Shown here: positions 20,257-29,923 of the stretch, in pieces
How the letters are laid out: each line of letters starts with the position of its first letter
Numbering within the stretch: position 1 is the stretch's first letter
Origin: a virus
Direction: 5' to 3' (one strand)
IMG/VR virus record: IMGVR_UViG_3300021964_000016
DNA length: 64,000 nucleotides
Made by a program: the position numbers and the translations under genes
Notes under the pieces: generated by a model
The model's input: only the letters and a program-made list of their open reading frames with translations
Databases searched by the model: none
Told to the model about the DNA's origin: nothing

Positions 20257-20488
20257 TTTGCTTTCCTACCAATCCTTTTATAAGATCTTTGAGTTCTGAG
20301 ATCTCGTCTTTAAGAGAAGCGAATTCGCTTTCTAGTTTCAATTTATTTTCTTTTTGTTCGATTGAAATCGCCTTGCGCCGTCGCGCAAGACGGATCTCCT
20401 CTTCATTGGTATTTATAACAGTTCCAGTAGCAAGGTTCTTGTATAAACTACTAGAACCTTCTACCTTTTTAAAATGCGCTTCAGACAT
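20246..20488 (-). CDS. Small conserved coiled-coil protein (80 aa)
   Basis: KVEG..SLYK...TG.VINT pattern usually found after DUF4815 genes; translationally coupled. Confidence 0.6.
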   Translation of the reverse strand: MSEAHFKKVEGSSSLYKNLATGTVINTNEEEIRLARRRKAISIEQKENKLKLESEFASLKDEISELKDLIKGLVGKQNGI

Positions 20489-23400
20489 TATATCAGAGCA
20501 ATAGCGCGAATGTTACCTAACACTGGTGCTTGACAAGTATTTGTCGATTTAAGCACAACCTTCAGTTGGAAAGAGGTGAAATCGGGAAGAGTACCTGTTT
20601 CCCCTCCGATAAGATATCGATATTCCGTAAAGGTAATATTTTCGTCATTATTCACCCAAGGTGAAGGCGCAGGATCGTTTTGAGCAGTTGCTAAAATCCA
20701 AGAATTCTCGTACATATTCTCGTCCGCTTCAGCACTTGTCCTATAGTATAGATCAAAACTTGATTGTGGAGGTCTATACATGTCCAAAAGAACTTTAATT
20801 CCGTTTGCTGCTTGTCCTAACTGCACGATCTTAGTTATGTGCTTGGAAGGAGTTGTTCCCAGCGTTGGGTGAGACTCACGGATATAACCTTCAGGACGAT
20901 TCTCAGCTACTCCTGCTGCGTCTGAATCGATCGGTTGATTGTCAATAACGTTATTCATAACGACCATACCGATACTTTGCGTATCAATTATAGGCGAAAC
21001 GTCAGAAACATACCCAGAACTCACACCTCCTCGGAAAAGGTCTCCACCAAAAGTCGACTTTTGATTAGTGGTCAACGTTGCGCTAACCACAATAGAAGGT
21101 GCTGAAAGAACAGAATCTTCTTGATTTTGATTGGCAACATATTTTGGTGTTTTAAAGAAATATGGCAAAGTATTTGGCATAGTTGTATTGGTATTGTCTA
21201 TATTAAACCGTACATCAACACCTTGTGTTTGCGAGATTTTAGAATGAGAAGTTCCGCTAACAAAACTTGCGTTGTACACAATACCAGTGTTTTCAAATTC
21301 GTGATCTTGGAAATTCAACAATGCGCGGTCAATGAAAAATCCTCTATTACTTGCAACAGAATCGCTTCCAAAAGTTCCCACTGAGGTGAAGGCACTATCG
21401 AGAGAAATATAATATCCTGCTATATCTGGATTTATGACTTTGTTCGCGGAATCCATTATACTAGAACCAAACACACCGTTATACTTGGCCGCAGAATCCA
21501 GTCCTGTTATTGCTGCTAGGTCTCCCCAGCCAAGTCCATGCCCAAGGTGGTCTACTCGCAATCTGTTAAGATTATCTGAGTCTACACGCAAACTCGAAGC
21601 ATAGTTATGGATATGCCTTTCGAGCGGTTCATTATAAAAGTTTGCTCCACCTGTTTCTTTAAACTTCGCGGTGTAAATCCGATATGGCATGTCTTGATTT
21701 TGTTTTGGCGTCCAAGTAGAACCATTCTGAGAAAGGAATAATGAACCTTTCGATGGTTGTTTTGAAACCCTTTTAGAAGTAGAACCCAACACAAGATCAT
21801 AGGTTGTCGCAACATATGCTTCGTACTTATCGCACTCTGCTAAAAGAACAAAGGCATATTCTTCTCCTGAGCGCAAAAATACTGGTTCTTCAAACTCAAA
21901 GGTTACTGGATGAGCAAGAACAGAAGCCAAAGTTTCAGTCTGTCCTGATATAGCAGTCCTAACAGCAGCAGCAGTTTTATACACTCTGTGTTGTTCGCTG
22001 ATCACGTCTCTATCAGGAACACCACTACTTACTGTCCTTAGTTGCAATTGTAGTGGAACCTGAGTATCTGATACGCTAGGTGCGCTTCGAATAAACGTGT
22101 CAATTTTGGTTACAAAAACTCCAGGAACACCAGCACCACCGTCGACGGTGAATGTTTGTGCAAGGGGATCCCTTGGTCTCCAATCTTCGCTAACTCCAAT
22201 AAGTTCTTCACTCTCAGTAACATACTCATCTTGAACAGTAACCACCCGAGTATGCGCAAAGGTTCTTTCTCTTAATGAAATTCTTCCCCATGCGCTATAA
22301 GAAGTTGATGCACGGGACAACGCCCCATCAGGGTTATACGTTGATATGTCTAAAAGTTTAACCTGATGCGTTCCACAACGGAACTTCCAACCCATTTCAT
22401 TCAACGCATTAACAGATTTTACCGAACCATATTGTTTTGCATACTTGCGAGAATTTGCAATCCACTGATTCCATTCTTGCTGAGTGTTGAATTGCGTAGA
22501 AAGGGGAATAGGAATCACAGAATTATTAGGAATCCAGAGTTCAAAGAACAATTCTCCGTCGTTATCAGATATCAAAGTTCTTTCAGCATCGCTACCGAAT
22601 GGGTGACTTTTCAAACTTACGTTTGTTTGCGCAACTCCTCTTCTGTGATCGCCAGCAGAAATAGAAGAGTTATACTCAGTTTCTGTTCTACTTCGAACCC
22701 ACTGATTCATTTGTATTCCATTCATGTAACACCAGTAACGAGTGTTCGGGCGCATTCCTTGTGCCTTAGCAAAAATTCTTCTCTGCCTCATGAAAGGTAC
22801 TGAAAGAATAGCAACAGTTCTGTCACCAAGATCGCGAGTGAACGTTTGATCGCTGACAACCTTAGTTCTGACGCTCTGCGTGACTCGATATGTCTCTGTT
22901 CTAGTTCCACCTTGTAAGTCTACCAAATCAAACCAGTTGTCTTCAGTTTGTTGGTTATCACGACCAAGGGCAGTATTGCTAGAACCAAGGAGCGCACCAA
23001 AAAGTCCAGCAGGTCCAGTAGGTTCTGTTCTAGGGCGAGGAACCCAGCGAATAATAACAGAAGTTCTGGAATAAGTAAAAGTTCTTGGTACTAAAGGTTC
23101 ACCAATTCGACGGATTATAGTACCGCCATTAATATGCTTGTCTGGCAACCTTCGAGTATCGAACCAAATATCTCTTGATGGGTTCAAACGAAGAATACCT
23201 TCTCCCATGAAGACGTTAAATGGGTTTACATTATAATATCCAAATTCTTCATAGTTTCCAGTAGATTTCCAAGAAATCATCTCATTTTTCATACTCGTGT
23301 CTAAAACGTCTATGTAGTCTAACATAAGGTTTTCACCTTTCTTGATTATGTTAGATTTTGTTACACCACGAGAAGAATATAGATTGGCAGAGTCATAATT

Positions 23401-26178
23401 AAACCCAATATTCTCTGCTTCTAACTTACAATGCATAGTGAAGTTACCCTCATCTAAAGATGAGGTAGCAAAAGACGCATCGTCTATAAAGCTGTTGTTA
23501 ATAATTGAGGCAGTGAACGCATAACCTTTAGTGAAATCGTCTACAAAGAAACCAGTCTTGGAGCGGATATTACCGTCAGCATCAAGTTCTACGAGGTTAG
23601 ATGCTTCCTGTTCAAGAGCAGTCAAAGAAACAGTTTCTTCAAGACGAGCAACTCTTCTCTCAATATCGTGTATGTCGTTCATTTTAAACCCACGATATTG
23701 TCGACGGTTCCAGGACAGGTCAGAAGAACTCTTAGTGTTTCCTCCAAGAGCAACATCAAACAGAACCATTTCTCCCTTTTTCTCTCCTGGAGGTACTGGT
23801 TGTAAAGATTCTTCTCCTTGGTTTACTGCAACCACTGGGCGAAAATCGCCGTCATATTTCAAAACCACATGGTCTAGTCGGTGATTATAAAATTGAACAC
23901 CGTAGTTTATTTGATCGTCGTTTCTTGGCAACCTAAAACGATCTCCAGAAGTCATTGCACTAGAATCAGGATCTAGTTTTGATCGGAAGTCTAGGTAGTT
24001 GTGTAATGGATATATTCGACCGCTTTTATTAGAAACATAATTCGGAATATCGCCGTAGTCAAACCAAGTAGAATCTTCTATGTCATAAGAATTAACAGAG
24101 AAAAAGTCTCCGCCCGATCCCCAAGTAAAGTATGCGACCTTGGCTCTTATATCTGTAACGGCAGCAGCAACCCCGTCTGGGATTAATTTTACAGGTCCGT
24201 AATAATTGTCTCTTTGCCCTGGATCAAAAGCGACTTGGTGCAGAACATTTGAACCAGCACTATCACTATCGTATGCTGCAATCAAAGAAATACCATCATA
24301 CAATTCATTAGCAGTAATAGAAAGAGGATCAATAGTAAAGTCACTATCTGGCGAAGTACGAGAAAAATCGAACCAATTTTCTGAATATGTTTTAGACTTT
24401 GGTGATGGGTCATCAACGCTCACATAATAGAAAATTTCATATCGAGAAGTTGTCCCACTTAGAGTACTAATAGTAGCTGTGTTTCCAACTACTGATATTT
24501 TACCGTCAATATTCTCTACGGTATTGTTATCCTTTCTAATCGCGATCCATTGCGCCTCATCTGTAAAAGATTCGTCAGCAGCAATTGTGATAGTCACTAC
24601 ACCACCACTTGCCGTTTTACTCGTCTGTTCTTGAACAGTGAAATTATCCACACTGACTTGTTTGACCCTTCCTCCAGGGACTTCAAAAAGACTGGTATTC
24701 GTTTCTGGAGAAGTTACATAAGTCTGATTATCTTCCCTCAATGGTTTTACTGCTTTTGCAAAATCGGTAGAATCTCCGATAGCAAATACGTCTCTAAAAT
24801 TATTCGCGCCAGACATTTGTATGTCGAAAAGGTGCATTCTGTATCGAGCACTGTCTATAGCAGAACCTCTGTCGACAAGAGATTTCACTCTGGTATAACC
24901 AATAACAGCCGAATCCGCATCAAATAGAGCAATTTTCTTTTGATTTGTTATTGCGTTCTCAAAATCACTATCTAAGTTGCCCAGAGAACTATCGCCTGAA
25001 CTTAGGTTGTCAAAGGCAACGTAGTTTTTGTAAGAAACATTAATGTTTTGATCTGAGTCGGTAACAAAAGAAGTTGGTTTCGGTACAACTAAACTTTTTC
25101 CGACTTTATGCTCTAGGCGGAATCCATCTAAAAATGCTAGTGGACGCACCCCTAACTGTTCAGCAGGAATGTCATAAATCATTTGAGCACTGTCATCGCC
25201 TTCTCTAAATTGTATCTCAAAGTCGTTGACAATAAAGTTTCCATGAGTATCATGGTGGCGATGTGCTAGTCGTTTCTCAAATTGATTAAAATTGTCAGTT
25301 CCTTCTTTTATTTGTACGATTTTAGAAGCACGAACAGTTGCAAAGGAAACAAAATCTTCTGCTACTGCAACCGCGTCTCTCGTAGACAAAGTCATCTGGA
25401 TTCTATATCGATCGGCACCAGGAGCAGACAGATTAGGTCGAGTTCCTTGATTGTCGTACAAAGCATCGTCATCAGCGGTAGTTACCACATCTTGCGTTAC
25501 TTCAAACCCTACTTCTGCATCAACATAAGAACTGTATTTTGATATTGCTAGAGTTTGTTTAGGAACGTATACAAAGTGTCCTTGAACGTAAAATTCTGCT
25601 CTTTGTACAGAAAAGAGGACACCCTTTCCAGTAGAGTTTATCGCCGAACCGCTATGTTTTGTTCGAACAGTAAGACTATTACTACCGTTTACTAACGTTT
25701 CTGCATCATCAAACGTTAAAGATTCGGTTTGAACGTCTGTGGAAACACTTTGTTGATTAGCAGAGACATACCTTCCATACAAGATATGAATCGTACTCTC
25801 ACCCGCGTTATCGTCTTTCGCTTCTTGAATATAACTTATTTGAAACTTTAGTCCGCTCGTTCCTGTTTTTGATTCGCCTGTAAACTCTAACCCAATATAG
25901 TCGGCGGCATCAAGGGCAAAAGATGCGTCTGTGACGATAACATAATCAACGATGTCAGTTCCAGCACCAGATGATTTCGGAGATATAGCAGCACCATCCA
26001 TGAAGATGTTGTTTGCCATTCTGGTGATTTGAGTTTGTAAAATAGTCTGTAACTGATTGAGTTCCCTCGCTTGGAGAGCACGTCCAGAATTGAATAGAAC
26101 CTTATGGTATCCAGCACTATCTTTAAAATCGTCCCTATATGTATCAGAGAACGTTGTTGATGTAAACTGATTAGGCAT
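20488..26178 (-). CDS. Large virion structural protein, DUF4815/VrlC-like (1896 aa)
   Basis: Y.DDF...GYHKVLF.SGRALQARELNQLQTILQ N-terminus; KTGFFVDDF; RDPLAQTF; SLFLSQNGSTW; FQLKVVL..LRAIAL-type C-terminus. Confidence 0.85.
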   Translation of the reverse strand: MPNQFTSTTFSDTYRDDFKDSAGYHKVLFNSGRALQARELNQLQTILQTQITRMANNIFMDGAAISPKSSGAGTDIVDYVIVTDASFALDAADYIGLEFTGESKTGTSGLKFQISYIQEAKDDNAGESTIHILYGRYVSANQQSVSTDVQTESLTFDDAETLVNGSNSLTVRTKHSGSAINSTGKGVLFSVQRAEFYVQGHFVYVPKQTLAISKYSSYVDAEVGFEVTQDVVTTADDDALYDNQGTRPNLSAPGADRYRIQMTLSTRDAVAVAEDFVSFATVRASKIVQIKEGTDNFNQFEKRLAHRHHDTHGNFIVNDFEIQFREGDDSAQMIYDIPAEQLGVRPLAFLDGFRLEHKVGKSLVVPKPTSFVTDSDQNINVSYKNYVAFDNLSSGDSSLGNLDSDFENAITNQKKIALFDADSAVIGYTRVKSLVDRGSAIDSARYRMHLFDIQMSGANNFRDVFAIGDSTDFAKAVKPLREDNQTYVTSPETNTSLFEVPGGRVKQVSVDNFTVQEQTSKTASGGVVTITIAADESFTDEAQWIAIRKDNNTVENIDGKISVVGNTATISTLSGTTSRYEIFYYVSVDDPSPKSKTYSENWFDFSRTSPDSDFTIDPLSITANELYDGISLIAAYDSDSAGSNVLHQVAFDPGQRDNYYGPVKLIPDGVAAAVTDIRAKVAYFTWGSGGDFFSVNSYDIEDSTWFDYGDIPNYVSNKSGRIYPLHNYLDFRSKLDPDSSAMTSGDRFRLPRNDDQINYGVQFYNHRLDHVVLKYDGDFRPVVAVNQGEESLQPVPPGEKKGEMVLFDVALGGNTKSSSDLSWNRRQYRGFKMNDIHDIERRVARLEETVSLTALEQEASNLVELDADGNIRSKTGFFVDDFTKGYAFTASIINNSFIDDASFATSSLDEGNFTMHCKLEAENIGFNYDSANLYSSRGVTKSNIIKKGENLMLDYIDVLDTSMKNEMISWKSTGNYEEFGYYNVNPFNVFMGEGILRLNPSRDIWFDTRRLPDKHINGGTIIRRIGEPLVPRTFTYSRTSVIIRWVPRPRTEPTGPAGLFGALLGSSNTALGRDNQQTEDNWFDLVDLQGGTRTETYRVTQSVRTKVVSDQTFTRDLGDRTVAILSVPFMRQRRIFAKAQGMRPNTRYWCYMNGIQMNQWVRSRTETEYNSSISAGDHRRGVAQTNVSLKSHPFGSDAERTLISDNDGELFFELWIPNNSVIPIPLSTQFNTQQEWNQWIANSRKYAKQYGSVKSVNALNEMGWKFRCGTHQVKLLDISTYNPDGALSRASTSYSAWGRISLRERTFAHTRVVTVQDEYVTESEELIGVSEDWRPRDPLAQTFTVDGGAGVPGVFVTKIDTFIRSAPSVSDTQVPLQLQLRTVSSGVPDRDVISEQHRVYKTAAAVRTAISGQTETLASVLAHPVTFEFEEPVFLRSGEEYAFVLLAECDKYEAYVATTYDLVLGSTSKRVSKQPSKGSLFLSQNGSTWTPKQNQDMPYRIYTAKFKETGGANFYNEPLERHIHNYASSLRVDSDNLNRLRVDHLGHGLGWGDLAAITGLDSAAKYNGVFGSSIMDSANKVINPDIAGYYISLDSAFTSVGTFGSDSVASNRGFFIDRALLNFQDHEFENTGIVYNASFVSGTSHSKISQTQGVDVRFNIDNTNTTMPNTLPYFFKTPKYVANQNQEDSVLSAPSIVVSATLTTNQKSTFGGDLFRGGVSSGYVSDVSPIIDTQSIGMVVMNNVIDNQPIDSDAAGVAENRPEGYIRESHPTLGTTPSKHITKIVQLGQAANGIKVLLDMYRPPQSSFDLYYRTSAEADENMYENSWILATAQNDPAPSPWVNNDENITFTEYRYLIGGETGTLPDFTSFQLKVVLKSTNTCQAPVLGNIRAIALI

Positions 26179-26189
26179 TTCTTATTTCC

Positions 26190-27719
26190 TTAAAGGTCTA
26201 TTACAATCTTAATGTCTTCTGTCTGTTCATTATCTCTGGTAACTGGTGACCTGTTGTCTATATAGATCACTTCTCCAGAGAAGTTGTTTACCTCAGCAGG
26301 GCGAAGAACGGGTTGCCCTCCAGCTGGGTTGGGGATAACAGAAATACCACTACCTCCAGCACCAACAGAAACAGTGTCAGAATCTGTGAAAGGTTTAAAT
26401 CCCGTTTCTCTTGTTTGATGAACATACAAAATATCGTTCGTCTCGTCAAAATAATCTAGGACTGCTCTTGCGTTAGAAACACTACCTATAACAGTTTCAT
26501 CACCAAGAATATTGGAATAATTCAACCCGCCCGCAACATACAATTTTTTAAGCGCATTAAGTGTAACATCGCTTGCAGCAGAATCTCCAGAAAACCCAGG
26601 ATATTGTGCAGAATCTTTTAGTGGGTTTTTAATAATCCCTATTTGACGGAAATCGTTAGTTACTTGGAAATCGTTATTTTCTGTTCCGTCTAAAGTTGCG
26701 TTAAACATTATAGCAGAAGAGTTTAAATCTTTTATGGGGTTTCCTCCCATACCAGAATCATTAGCAATAATTGCGCGCAGTTTTGCCCCAGTTCCGCCAC
26801 CTCCAGATACAGTAATAGAAGCATCAAAATAATTTTTGCCGAAAGTAAACGTGCCTACACTGTCCCCGTCAGTAGAGTCTGCCTTCATAATTACTTCATA
26901 TATTGATCCATTATGAATACGAGCAAATGCTTGCGCTGGAGTAACATCAGAATCTAATTGAGCAGAATCGAACTTTGTTAACGTATTTCTAGAAATTGGT
27001 GTAATGGTTATTGTCGGTTTAGAAGTAAAACCAGAACCACCGCTGTCTACTGCTATTCCGATGATTTGTCCTGGAATCGCATTGTTTTGTAATCCAAATT
27101 GTTGTCTACGAGAAACTGATAAATTATCGAAAGGAATATTTGTTTGAGAAGAGTCTAACACCTTTTCAACAGGCATGTAAGCAGAAGTAATATATTTTCT
27201 GGATTCCGCTGCGCCAATATTGTACATGAACTTCCAGATATATCCATCGTCACCAGCAGAAAAGGGGTTTCCTGAGGTGTCTATTGGTTTATACAGAGAT
27301 TGTCTAGGAATTGCTTGAGAGGTATACCCTTTTTGAAGGCAAACATAAACATTATCGTCGTCAGTAAGAACGTAATACGGGTTTTGAATATCGCCAGAAG
27401 CAGAAATCGTTGTATTAGAATTATACTCATCGTCCCATGCTTCATAAAAGTTACCAGCAGTCCAACTGTGCCTTGGTACAACATAGGAAACGTCCGGAAC
27501 CAATTTCATTGACTGGATAGATGCTTGAAAATCTTTAACGGAGCGATTGCTTGGAGTTGGTGCAGGTGGTTCTACGTCAGAATCCCATTCCTCTGATCTT
27601 CCAATCGCCAAATAAAATCTATCCGAGTCTTGCCCTGAATCTAATCCAACGTTTTGGGTGCTGTTATAGAGATCAGTTAATATATCTCTTTTTAGACTTT
27701 CAGTTATAGTAGCGGCCAT
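26190..27719 (-). CDS. gp8: Baseplate wedge subunit gp8
   Basis: YLAIGRS, VVPR..W, DGYIWKFMY, NDFRQIGII.NP, SGEVIYIDNR.P.TR..EQTEDIKIVI motifs. Confidence 0.9.
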   Translation of the reverse strand: MAATITESLKRDILTDLYNSTQNVGLDSGQDSDRFYLAIGRSEEWDSDVEPPAPTPSNRSVKDFQASIQSMKLVPDVSYVVPRHSWTAGNFYEAWDDEYNSNTTISASGDIQNPYYVLTDDDNVYVCLQKGYTSQAIPRQSLYKPIDTSGNPFSAGDDGYIWKFMYNIGAAESRKYITSAYMPVEKVLDSSQTNIPFDNLSVSRRQQFGLQNNAIPGQIIGIAVDSGGSGFTSKPTITITPISRNTLTKFDSAQLDSDVTPAQAFARIHNGSIYEVIMKADSTDGDSVGTFTFGKNYFDASITVSGGGGTGAKLRAIIANDSGMGGNPIKDLNSSAIMFNATLDGTENNDFQVTNDFRQIGIIKNPLKDSAQYPGFSGDSAASDVTLNALKKLYVAGGLNYSNILGDETVIGSVSNARAVLDYFDETNDILYVHQTRETGFKPFTDSDTVSVGAGGSGISVIPNPAGGQPVLRPAEVNNFSGEVIYIDNRSPVTRDNEQTEDIKIVIDL

Positions 27720-27731
27720 TTCCTTTACCTA

Positions 27732-28535
27732 TTATGCTAATGTGATGCCAGTATCTGTAATCAGATGCCAAGCAGAGTCTGACCAGATTAAAGAACAAGC
27801 AGCGTGTTGAGCGACTTGTATTGTTGTTCCACCCGCCAAATTTGCTGGGGTGATCGTAGCAGTACCAGTATTGATATTTACAAACTTTTTCTCATCTCCT
27901 ATCGTTACACCGTCTGGTAGGGCAACCGCAAAAGGTGTAGATGATTTGTTAAGAAAAGAAGTTGGAAGTTTGACGCTGGCAGTAGATCCTGTAGTTGTAA
28001 TTGTTTCAGTAGTAAACACAAGTCTGCTGTCTACATGAACTACGCCGTTGTTAAGTGGATGAAGATGAAGATCTACATCGCCTGAATCCCCCGTAACCCC
28101 AATGACAACTCCATAAGAAGAATCGCCGTTTTTAACTTCAAAATGATTAACTGCGTTTGGAGTACCATTAAAAGAAATAATTGGGTTATCGTTGCTATCG
28201 TGAATGTCATCGGTAATGACGTCAACCAACGTTTTGTTGGTCAGGATATCTGTCGTGTCCTTTAATACAACGGTGCCAGTAGCATTAGGGAGAGTGATAG
28301 TTTTATTACTACCTGAAGTAGTTGCTGCAACTAATTTTGTATCGTATGTCCCATTTTCAAAAATAATTGAACCGTCAGAATCAAAACTGATGTTTGTGGT
28401 CGAAGAGACAGAATCCCCAAACAGCAGAAATAAAGACCGAAAATTTGTATTGATCTTATCTGCTGCCTGACGTAAAGTATCGCCAGTACCATCATTGGCA
28501 GTAGTACCGTTGTTTAAAATTTCTCTGGTTGCCAT
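27732..28535 (-). CDS. gp9: Baseplate wedge tail-fibre connector, gp9/gp10-like N-terminus
   Basis: GTTANDGTGDTLRQAADKINTNF motif; start taken at MATRE. Confidence 0.75.
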   Translation of the reverse strand: MATREILNNGTTANDGTGDTLRQAADKINTNFRSLFLLFGDSVSSTTNISFDSDGSIIFENGTYDTKLVAATTSGSNKTITLPNATGTVVLKDTTDILTNKTLVDVITDDIHDSNDNPIISFNGTPNAVNHFEVKNGDSSYGVVIGVTGDSGDVDLHLHPLNNGVVHVDSRLVFTTETITTTGSTASVKLPTSFLNKSSTPFAVALPDGVTIGDEKKFVNINTGTATITPANLAGGTTIQVAQHAACSLIWSDSAWHLITDTGITLA

Positions 28536-28564
28536 TTCCAAAATTTCCGTTTATTTGTATTGAC

Positions 28565-28572
28565 TATTTATA
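28565..28572 (-). promoter_or_regulatory. T4-type late promoter TATAAATA
   Basis: Exact consensus upstream of gp9-like gene. Confidence 0.75.
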
Positions 28573-28592
28573 AGGGTTTTATTCAAAATCAA

Positions 28593-29918
28593 CTATATGT
28601 CGCCATTATATCCCAAAATAGGAGCAGAGTCGCCGTTACCGAGTCCGTCACTATCAACAGAATGCAAATAACTGAAATGCCAAACATCTTCGTCTATCAA
28701 ATTGATTATATTAGATAGGTCAGCATAACTATCATCAAGAGTTCTAGCATTTATATCATCCGCGTCAGCGAGAGAACCATATTGCGTGTCCCAATTTGCA
28801 ATTGTTCTTGGGTGGAACATATCGTTTGGTCTGGTTCTAATTCTATATCCATCCGGACCAGGAGCAATCTCAGTAACAGAAGAGGTTAGAAGTCCCTTTG
28901 TTTCTTGTTTTGTTGTTATATTAGTTGTTTGCACAATTAATACTGGTGGAGGCGGTTGGATAAGAGCAGGTGGAACCAACCCCAACCCCAAATCAAATAC
29001 TGAAGTTATGTCTACCTTTCCTGCAAGGTACATACCTGCTGGGTGAATGAAAGACTTATATGCTCTTTGCCAAACATTAACGGAAAGTGGTGTAGATATC
29101 AGCAATCCATATAACTGGAAAAACCTATTGTCAGTTATTCTTTTATCCGTAACATCAGAACCAATTGCTGTGTTAGAAGTTTTTTCAGATTCAATTCTAA
29201 GTTTTTTTCCTTGATATAGCAAAGCGTTACTAGCAGCATAATTAAGAGAAACATCAGATGCATATGAAGTTGGGTTGCCTTCTGCATTAACTGCCCAAGA
29301 AGGAGTAGAGGTAGTTTTTAAAGAAACCTTTTTTTCAAAATAATTTAATTCGTAGTCTACACCTTCAACAATTTCTATGAATTCTCCGTCATCTTTTTGC
29401 AGAAAGACTGTAACTACTGCGTCCGGAAATGTAAAAGAAAAGTTATTACCTGTTGTAACCCCACCACCAATATACTCTAGCGTTTCTAATCTGGGGTCGC
29501 CCACATTAAATACTCTATCTCTCCCATATTCTACTTCAATATCTACTCCATAAAATATCCTAAAAAACTGTTTTATAGAATATTCTGTTCCTTTAGATCT
29601 ATAGAGTATGTTTGAGTATTGTATTGCTGATCTTTTATCGTTGAACGTTTCAAAATAAGGTTCGCCGAGTAAAAGTTCGCTTGCGATAAATGTCAAAAAT
29701 TCAGTTTTTGTTTGTACTACATCACGGGATATTAGGAGATCTTGAATATTTGAAACAGGGTTATCCCCTGCTTCAAGACTTTTATAATACTCTTCCAAGA
29801 ACTTTACTAAATTTGGGTACTTATCGTCGAAATGAGACGGCAAAGCATTAAAAACTTCATACCGATCAAAGTCTAGGTCGTATCGATAGATATCGGATGT
29901 TGTCTTGTCAATTGACAT
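28593..29918 (-). CDS. gp7: Baseplate wedge initiator gp7-like
   Basis: LP....YP.LV.FLEEYY, YRSKGTEYSIKQFFRIFYG, DN.FFQ.Y, FIHPAG motifs; follows gp6. Confidence 0.75.
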   Translation of the reverse strand: MSIDKTTSDIYRYDLDFDRYEVFNALPSHFDDKYPNLVKFLEEYYKSLEAGDNPVSNIQDLLISRDVVQTKTEFLTFIASELLLGEPYFETFNDKRSAIQYSNILYRSKGTEYSIKQFFRIFYGVDIEVEYGRDRVFNVGDPRLETLEYIGGGVTTGNNFSFTFPDAVVTVFLQKDDGEFIEIVEGVDYELNYFEKKVSLKTTSTPSWAVNAEGNPTSYASDVSLNYAASNALLYQGKKLRIESEKTSNTAIGSDVTDKRITDNRFFQLYGLLISTPLSVNVWQRAYKSFIHPAGMYLAGKVDITSVFDLGLGLVPPALIQPPPPVLIVQTTNITTKQETKGLLTSSVTEIAPGPDGYRIRTRPNDMFHPRTIANWDTQYGSLADADDINARTLDDSYADLSNIINLIDEDVWHFSYLHSVDSDGLGNGDSAPILGYNGDI

Positions 29919-29923
29919 GCTTG

